Below are positions 58,008-64,000 of a stretch of 64,000 nt of DNA, piece by piece (within the stretch, counting starts at the first letter, position 1; every line of letters starts with the position of its first letter). Under the pieces are notes generated by a model. That model was not told the origin of the DNA. It saw only the letters and a list, made by a program, of their open reading frames with translations, and searched no databases. This stretch comes from Ignavibacteriota bacterium (GTDB taxonomy: Bacteria > Bacteroidota > Ignavibacteria > Palsa-1295): contig CAWBEI010000003.1 of the NCBI GenBank assembly GCA_963787835.1, positions 256,001 through 320,000 on the forward strand. The letters are read 5' to 3'. The translations under genes and the position numbers were made by a program.

Positions 58008-59798
58008 TTGTGGTCTTGCATGAATAATTGGTCCATAAAAAGAGTCCTTCGATTCCTTTTACCATTCCTTGGCCTGATAGCCGGCCCGATGGCAGGTTTC
58101 GCGCAGGATTCGGCGAACGTCTCTGCCACAGGCTCGAACCTGTTCCGTTATGGCACCGGAACAACGACCAACGGTTTTGGAAGTCCGATCGACAAACAGT
58201 ATCTGGAAGAAATAGCCGACGCCCATATCTTCTATCAGAACTTTCAGCTTGGGTTACGCTGCGAGTTAGACGACCCCAGCGAGGTAGGCCGTTCGTATCC
58301 TGCCACGCTTGGCGAGACACAGCAGCCGGAGTTCCGCCGCCGATGGCTTGCCTGGAAGAACGAAGATGTTGATCTTCAGGTCGGAGATGTTAGTGCGCTG
58401 TTCGGGCGAGGGCTTGCAATTAATCTTTTTGAGTCCCGTCCGCTTAATTATGATTCATGGCTCGATGGCGTCTTCGGTAAAGGGGAATATGAGATTCCCA
58501 AAACCATTCTCGATCTCGATGCCTCCATCAAAGTTCAGGCGGTCGGAGGCGAAGAAACTTTTTTTCCGGTGGATACGACCCAGCTCCCTATGAATATAAC
58601 CGCTCGATCGGCTAATGCCGAGTTCGGGTTTTTAAAACGGAAGTTCGTGCTGGGCGCAACGTTCGTTCAGGCTTCGACAAGTACGAGCCAGCCGGAAGCA
58701 GCGAACTCGGTCGCTACCACAGCCCGTAAGGTTGACGAGCCGGATCTCTATGCCGACCTGAATACCGGGGAGTTCGAAGCCTTCGCAGAGTGGACGGAAA
58801 ACCGCACCAATGTGAACGAACTTCTTGGCGCGCCGATCGATACAAACCATACAGGTTATGCAACGTATGGCTCACTCAGTTATTCAAATTCCTTCCTCGG
58901 GCTTACCTTCGATTACAAAAATTATAGTTATTTTCTTCACGATCCGGGAGATCTCTACACGAACGTCTTCAGTAAACTTCCAATAGCAAGTCCGCCGGAA
59001 GTATATAAGGATTTTACGTTCACCTCGATCACTCGAACGACCCATGCCGTGAACTTCGATGACGAGCTTGGTTACCAGCTCGAAGCTAATATCACTGCGA
59101 TACCACAATGGTTTATCGACCTTGACGCTGCGGCCTCGAGTTCGCACGACAAATATAATTCGTCTGGTGTAGCCATCGAAAACACCAGTGTTCTTCCAAT
59201 ACTCTCCGATCAGGGATTCTATCCTTTTTGGGAAGCATACGCAGAAGCCGAGTGGGATTTCGATAAAGCGAATGATCTAAATTTTGTGAAGATCGCGATC
59301 CACCACCGGAACGATCTCATCGCCTATAGTGCATCGAGTGCCTCCGCAACCGACGACCGCTGGACAACAACCATCGCCGGAAAAGTGCAATACGAAACCG
59401 CCTCGAACCAAAGTTTTCTCGGCATCCTCGAACACCAATGGGAATATGATGGCTCACTTCAGACATCGGACAAGCAAAGAATAAACGAGCTGCTGACGCT
59501 GCAATACTCCTTCGACCCCACGATCTCATTCGGTGCGATATTTGACTATGCTCTATACTGTGACAATGGACCACTCGCCATTGATGAATCCACGTTCGGC
59601 GGATGGAACCTGCATCTTTGGGGAAACGCCGTTCTCGATCATTTGCCAGAATTTTTTGCTTCCCTTCGGATCGGGCAATCTCATGCATTACAAGTATCCT
59701 ACGGCGCAGAGCGCGGCGGACTCATTTGCACCGGCGGCATTTGCCGGGTGCTCCCGCCGTTCGATGGGTTCCGATTTACTCTGACAAGTCAGTTCTAA
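58008..59798 (+). CDS. DUF6029-like outer membrane protein
   Basis: FGRGL motif; C-terminal GGLICTGGICRVLPPFDGFRFTLTSQF. Confidence 0.8.
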   Translation: MWSCMNNWSIKRVLRFLLPFLGLIAGPMAGFAQDSANVSATGSNLFRYGTGTTTNGFGSPIDKQYLEEIADAHIFYQNFQLGLRCELDDPSEVGRSYPATLGETQQPEFRRRWLAWKNEDVDLQVGDVSALFGRGLAINLFESRPLNYDSWLDGVFGKGEYEIPKTILDLDASIKVQAVGGEETFFPVDTTQLPMNITARSANAEFGFLKRKFVLGATFVQASTSTSQPEAANSVATTARKVDEPDLYADLNTGEFEAFAEWTENRTNVNELLGAPIDTNHTGYATYGSLSYSNSFLGLTFDYKNYSYFLHDPGDLYTNVFSKLPIASPPEVYKDFTFTSITRTTHAVNFDDELGYQLEANITAIPQWFIDLDAAASSSHDKYNSSGVAIENTSVLPILSDQGFYPFWEAYAEAEWDFDKANDLNFVKIAIHHRNDLIAYSASSASATDDRWTTTIAGKVQYETASNQSFLGILEHQWEYDGSLQTSDKQRINELLTLQYSFDPTISFGAIFDYALYCDNGPLAIDESTFGGWNLHLWGNAVLDHLPEFFASLRIGQSHALQVSYGAERGGLICTGGICRVLPPFDGFRFTLTSQF

Positions 59799-59960
59799 GA
59801 CTTGTCAGTTCTAAAAATATAGAGCAATTTTGGTGCCCAACATGTCAATATGTTGAAGATAATGTTGATTGTAATGGCTTCGTAATGGTTAGGAAACACA
59901 CCCGGCCTGTTTTCAAAGGTTTCCAATATGAGGGGAAGCCAATATTACCGTCGTATTTTT

Positions 59961-60884
59961 GTGAAAGTGCTTATCTCTGATTTTCTCCGCCAGCTCGAAA
60001 CAGTCGTGCCGCTAAGTGCGGTTGGCTATGCTCGGGATTCTGTCGGGTTGCAAGTTGGCGACGAATCCGCCGAGCTTAGCGCTGCTTTGTTCGCGTATGA
60101 GGTCACGCCGGAGATCATCGCCGAGGCACGCAAGCGTAGCGCAAATCTGATCGTTTCATTTCATCCTCTCATTTTTCCGAACCTTTCTGCCGTTACGGAT
60201 AAGACACGCGCCGGACATCTGGTACAGCAGTTGATTAAGCATGATATTGCACTTTACATCCAGCACACCGCGTTCGACGCACAACCAAAGTTTGGAACGA
60301 GCATCCTCATGGCCGAAGCATTAGGACTCCAAAATATTACAACACTCACCAAAGCCGATACTACAATTCAGCCTGCATTTGAGGGCTTGAACTTTGGCAT
60401 GGGAGCGATCGGAGCGTGGCCCAAAGGAAAAAAGCGGAGCGAAGTTCTGAGCATCGTGGCTGAAACGTTTATGTCATCGTGCGTAAGACATAATGCAGCG
60501 GGCCCATCGAGCATTCGTACCCTCGCAATGCTTGGCGGTGCTGGAATGGATTATTACGACACCGCTCGTGCCATGGGGGCCCAAGCATTCATAACCTCAG
60601 ATGTTCGTTATCATGACTTCCATCGCGCCGATCATGATAAGAATCTTTTGATCGATGCCGGACACGCAGAGACCGAAAGTTTTGTTACTATCGGGATGGT
60701 CAATGCAGCACGGAAATCTCTGGATCCGAACGGATCCCTGTCGAAAGCCGTAAATATGTATGGCCATGATGCAAAACGGCTCTTATTACTCGCGCATTCG
60801 GAGCCAAATGCCGTGCAATATTATTGCCATGGAAACAACCGGAATATGAGCCGCAGCAAACGTGCCCCTCATAAACCCTCCTGA
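59961..60884 (+). CDS. Nif3-like dinuclear metal centre protein
   Basis: DSVGLQVG, FHPLIF, HTAFD, DVRYHD and IDAGHAETE. GTG start chosen; the ORF is open from 59928. Confidence 0.92.
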   Translation: MKVLISDFLRQLETVVPLSAVGYARDSVGLQVGDESAELSAALFAYEVTPEIIAEARKRSANLIVSFHPLIFPNLSAVTDKTRAGHLVQQLIKHDIALYIQHTAFDAQPKFGTSILMAEALGLQNITTLTKADTTIQPAFEGLNFGMGAIGAWPKGKKRSEVLSIVAETFMSSCVRHNAAGPSSIRTLAMLGGAGMDYYDTARAMGAQAFITSDVRYHDFHRADHDKNLLIDAGHAETESFVTIGMVNAARKSLDPNGSLSKAVNMYGHDAKRLLLLAHSEPNAVQYYCHGNNRNMSRSKRAPHKPS

Positions 60885-60924
60885 ACATCATTGGCGGCAA
60901 ATACAATTTAATACTATATACCAC

Positions 60925-61701
60925 GTGAACGACTCACTCATACATCTTTACGAGCTCCAAAAAGTAGATCGCCATCTCGATGAATTGATCGAAAGCCGAG
61001 GCGAATTGCCTGATCGGGTCAATGATATGCGCCGCCAGGTCGAAGAGCAACGCCATCAGGTCGATCAGGTTCGGCGGGACCGGCACGAGATCGAAACTCG
61101 GTCTAAGGAACTTTCCAGCGAAAGCGTTGACCTTCGCGAGAAGGTCGATCGCTACAAGGCCCAGCAATTCGAGGTCAAAACGACCCGCGAATACGACGCC
61201 ATCACCTTTCAGCTTGAAGACGCCCAACGCAGGCTTCATACCAACACCGAAGCCGTTGGCAGAATGGGCATCGAACTCGAACAACTGAAGATGGATGACG
61301 AGCAGATGACGGTGGATCTCGCAGAAATGGAACGCGACCTGGAAGAAGCCGAAGAAGCCCTCAAAGAAGTGCTTGCCGGAACCGAGGAAGAAGAAAAGGA
61401 ACTTCTTGCACGTCGCGAACAGCTTGTCAAGCAGGTGCAGCCGTTCTATCTGACCATCTACAATCGCGTACGTCCTGCGAAGGAAGGAATTGCCGTCGTA
61501 GCGATCAAGAATGGCGTATGTGGCGGCTGTTTTAATGCAGTTCCCCGCCAGCTTGCCTTGGAACTTCGCAAAGGCGAGAAACACGCCGTCTGTGAATATT
61601 GCGGTCGTATCATTGTAGGTGAACCGATCGCGATTGCGGTCGATGGCGAACCGCAACCCGTGACGTATGAAGTTGAAACGGACGAAGAATCGGATGATTA
61701 A
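60925..61701 (+). CDS. Coiled-coil C4-type zinc ribbon protein (DUF164/CT398-like)
   Basis: LYELQKVD, long coiled coil and CGGCF...CEYCGRI; GTG start at 60925. Confidence 0.92.
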   Translation: MNDSLIHLYELQKVDRHLDELIESRGELPDRVNDMRRQVEEQRHQVDQVRRDRHEIETRSKELSSESVDLREKVDRYKAQQFEVKTTREYDAITFQLEDAQRRLHTNTEAVGRMGIELEQLKMDDEQMTVDLAEMERDLEEAEEALKEVLAGTEEEEKELLARREQLVKQVQPFYLTIYNRVRPAKEGIAVVAIKNGVCGGCFNAVPRQLALELRKGEKHAVCEYCGRIIVGEPIAIAVDGEPQPVTYEVETDEESDD

Positions 61702-61715
61702 CCACAAACAATTTT

Positions 61716-62159
61716 AGAGTTTCTGCCATCGGGCAACCGCTTTTGAAAATTTTTTCAGAAGAGGAAAGTCCGAACTCCGCAGGGCAGCGTGCCGGCCGAG
61801 ACCAATGCGCGATCAGCAATGATCGATCATCGACTCAAGTTCGGGGAACAGCCAATAAGGATAACACCGAAAAACTGTTCACAGCGCAGTGTCACAGAAA
61901 ACAAACCGCCTGTCCCTATCAGAAATGATGTGTGCAGGTAAGGGCGAAACGGCGGTGTAAGAGACCACCGCTCGATGAGCAATCATCGGGGTCACGATAA
62001 ACCTCGCGCGGAGCAAGACCATGTATGGAACATCGCCGTGAGCGATCACGACACCTGCTGCCCACAGGAATGGTTCCGGGTAGGTCGCATCAGAGGAATG
62101 GTTGCCTCCTTATCATTTGATAAGAAGACAGAATTCGGCTTATAGATGGCAGAGACTCT
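61716..62159 (+). ncRNA. rnpB: RNase P RNA (type A-like)
   Basis: P1 AGAGTTTCTGCCATC/GATGGCAGAGACTCT; GAGGAAAGTCCG, ACAGAAAACAAACCGCC, GGGCGAAACGG, GGAGCAAG and ACAGAATTCGGCTTA. Confidence 0.95.
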
Positions 62160-62176
62160 TTTTTCGTTATTTCAAC

Positions 62177-62234
62177 TGTCATTGCGAGAAGAGAATCAAG
62201 CGGCGATAGCCAATTGATTCTCGACGCAATAACA
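62177..62234. repeat. Partial GTCATTGCGAG-type palindromic element
   Basis: TGTCATTGCGAG-AAGAGAATCAA...TTGATTCTC-GACGCAATAACA. Confidence 0.65.
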
Positions 62235-62247
62235 ATACTCCGAATTC

Positions 62248-62568
62248 ATGTCTCGCTTAGAAAAACTTCAGGATCTCCTTGCGCTCGACCCCACCGATAG
62301 CTTCACGCGATATGCTATTGGGTTGGAATTTGCTAAGGCAGAAAAATATGAGGATGCCATCCACACCCTTGAAGAACTGCGCGAGCGAGATCCCGCGTAT
62401 GTTCCCACCTACTACATGCTCGCCGGATATTATCATAAGACCGGCGATAATGATAGTGCAACCCTGATCTATCGGGAAGGCATTGTAACCGCAAGAAACG
62501 CTAACGACCGCCATGCGATGGGCGAACTTCAAGCCGCGCTGGCCGGATTAGATGACGAACAGGATTAG
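62248..62568 (+). CDS. Small TPR protein
   Basis: MSRLEKL...DPTDSFTRYAIGLE, PAYVPTYYMLA and DRHAMGEL. Confidence 0.88.
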   Translation: MSRLEKLQDLLALDPTDSFTRYAIGLEFAKAEKYEDAIHTLEELRERDPAYVPTYYMLAGYYHKTGDNDSATLIYREGIVTARNANDRHAMGELQAALAGLDDEQD

Positions 62569-62595
62569 AGACGAACACCGTTTCGACGACGAATT

Positions 62596-63237
62596 ATGAC
62601 ACTCGAACAAGAAGCAATAGAATTTTTCCTTCGCGAAGAAGTCCTGAAATTTGGAGATTTCACTCTCAAAAGCGGACGTAAATCACCCTACTTTTTTAAT
62701 ACAGGGTCGCTTTGCACTGCGGGGCAGCTTGCCAGAATGGGCGAGCTGTATGCGGCAAAACTCCGCGCCGAAAGCGTGTTCCAAAATGCCGATGTCGTCT
62801 TTGGCTCAGCCTACAAAGGCATCCCTATCGCAGTAGCTACAGCCATCGCGCTTGCGAGTACGGATAGATCGAATATCCGGGCTGTCAGCGACCGGAAAGA
62901 AGCAAAAACGCATGGAGATAAAGGTGGCTTTCTTGGGATTTTGAATCCCGGAGATAACGTCGTGATCGTCGATGATGTCATCGCCACCGGAGGCACAAAG
63001 CTTGAGGCTGTCGAAAAGCTAAAGCAAGCAGGGGCAAATCCGATCGGCCTTATCATCGCGTTTGATCGCGCCGAGCCGGCAGAAGGTTCAAAACTTACGG
63101 CAAAAGAGAATTTCGAAAAAGAGACGAACTTGCCTGTTTTTGCACTGGCGAATATCCATGATGTTGCGCGCCTCCGGCCTGACGTTCGGGAAGCGATGAC
63201 TCGCTATCTCTCTCAATTCGAGGTAATGGCAGAGTAG
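62596..63237 (+). CDS. pyrE: Orotate phosphoribosyltransferase
   Basis: FGDFTLKSGRKSPYFFN, RKEAKTHG and VDDVIATGGT. Confidence 0.97.
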   Translation: MTLEQEAIEFFLREEVLKFGDFTLKSGRKSPYFFNTGSLCTAGQLARMGELYAAKLRAESVFQNADVVFGSAYKGIPIAVATAIALASTDRSNIRAVSDRKEAKTHGDKGGFLGILNPGDNVVIVDDVIATGGTKLEAVEKLKQAGANPIGLIIAFDRAEPAEGSKLTAKENFEKETNLPVFALANIHDVARLRPDVREAMTRYLSQFEVMAE

Positions 63238-63243
63238 GCGCAC

Positions 63244-63573
63244 TTAAGGCGAGAGATCGTTCGCAGATGGCTCCCAGCCTTCCCCACCGCATGGAGTGTA
63301 GTCGATCCGGACATGTTCATCGAGTTTGGTACATAATGCCTCGCGAGGCGCAAGATGTTTACAGGTAGCACAAAGTGCATTTTGATTCGCTCGTCCGATG
63401 GAATTCAAATGCCGTCGCCATGCAAGTTGTGCCGGATAGATAACGACCACCGAAATGGCAATGAAGAACATCGTCCACCAATCGCTATAATTTGGAACAA
63501 AGCTATAGAGCACCCACGCGCCGACAAGTACAAGCGCGAACCGAATAAGACCCCAGTAAATTATTTCTCCCAC
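63244..63573 (-). CDS. Small membrane protein with C-terminal Cys cluster
   Basis: Two TM segments followed by CATCKH...C...PCGGEGWEP. Confidence 0.7.
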   Translation of the reverse strand: MGEIIYWGLIRFALVLVGAWVLYSFVPNYSDWWTMFFIAISVVVIYPAQLAWRRHLNSIGRANQNALCATCKHLAPREALCTKLDEHVRIDYTPCGGEGWEPSANDLSP

Positions 63574-63612
63574 ACAGAGAACTAAGCCACTTCGAATTGA
63601 AATGATTCGCGT

Positions 63613-63726
63613 ATGAGATCGATTTCTTTTATCAATGCGGTCCCTCGGATCATTGCGGCGATCCTGCTCTTCGTTGTATCGATCATTACCTTGCTAAAAC
63701 GGAAGCGGAAGGGAAAACGAAAATAA
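63613..63726 (+). CDS. Candidate 37-aa membrane peptide with basic tail
   Basis: MRSISFINAVPRIIAAILLFVVSIITLLKRKRKGKRK*; too short to appear in the supplied ORF track. Confidence 0.45.
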   Translation: MRSISFINAVPRIIAAILLFVVSIITLLKRKRKGKRK

Positions 63727-63798
63727 CGATGTAACCTGGAATCGCTCCTGCACAACATGTGTTCATTTTTTGCTTCTCAGCATTATTACAAGGTCATT

Positions 63799-64000
63799 AT
63801 GAAAAAGCTTCTCGGAATCAGTATTCTTGTTGTGTGGGGATTAATAGCGATAGGGACAAATAGTTCTTGCTCATCATCCCCTTCTACCCCTTCTGAGCCG
63901 GATACGATCCATCTGGCCTTCCGAACAGCACCACCCTCGTTCACCACTATCAACGGGATTGATACAAGTCAGATCTACCTCACCTGCGGCTGTCCGTTTG
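63799..64000 (+). CDS. Probable lipoprotein (3'-truncated by window edge)
   Basis: MKKLLGISILVVWGLIAIGTNSS-C-SSSP...; open to the end of the window. Confidence 0.6.
   Translation, partial: MKKLLGISILVVWGLIAIGTNSSCSSSPSTPSEPDTIHLAFRTAPPSFTTINGIDTSQIYLTCGCPF

Noticed and set aside
59785-59815. GTCAGTTCTAA direct repeat as a target-site duplication
   Set aside because: Only 5 bp lie between the copies, and the site is explained by a short ACAAGTC/GACTTGT hairpin at the gene end.
60934-61707. 257-aa antisense ORF
   Set aside because: Shadow of the zinc-ribbon gene on the opposite strand; its Phe/Leu-rich composition reflects reverse-complemented Glu/Lys codons.

Overview
Chromosomal core region of an FCB-group bacterium, most likely a Chlorobi/Ignavibacteria/Kapabacteria relative. 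This placement is inferred from porU-porV, several T9SS C-terminal-domain cargo genes, a Chlorobi-like tmRNA tag (ANTYSYAMAA) and an RNase P RNA with no P18. Housekeeping genes (icd, sdhB, nuoEF, valS, purL, accC, mutS2, rpmA/rplU, recG, rnr, rlmB, dxr, pyrE), tRNA-Asn, tmRNA and rnpB are interspersed with single secreted-protein genes. I found no integrase, transposase, CRISPR array or prophage. The most unusual signals are non-coding. (1) Two diverged, inverted copies of a ~250-bp promoter-bearing structured element (51718-51956 + and 56419-56676 -) that I cannot assign to a known family. (2) A candidate stand-alone sRNA at ~5030-5190 (-). (3) Several REP/RPE-like palindrome families, some inside essential molecules: in-frame in accC and valS, and in the PK1 loop of an unusually long tmRNA. 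(4) A nuoF frameshift that a 16-nt deletion repairs cleanly. (5) An RNase P RNA with an expanded P8/P9 region. All family assignments come from motif recognition by eye; no searches were run.
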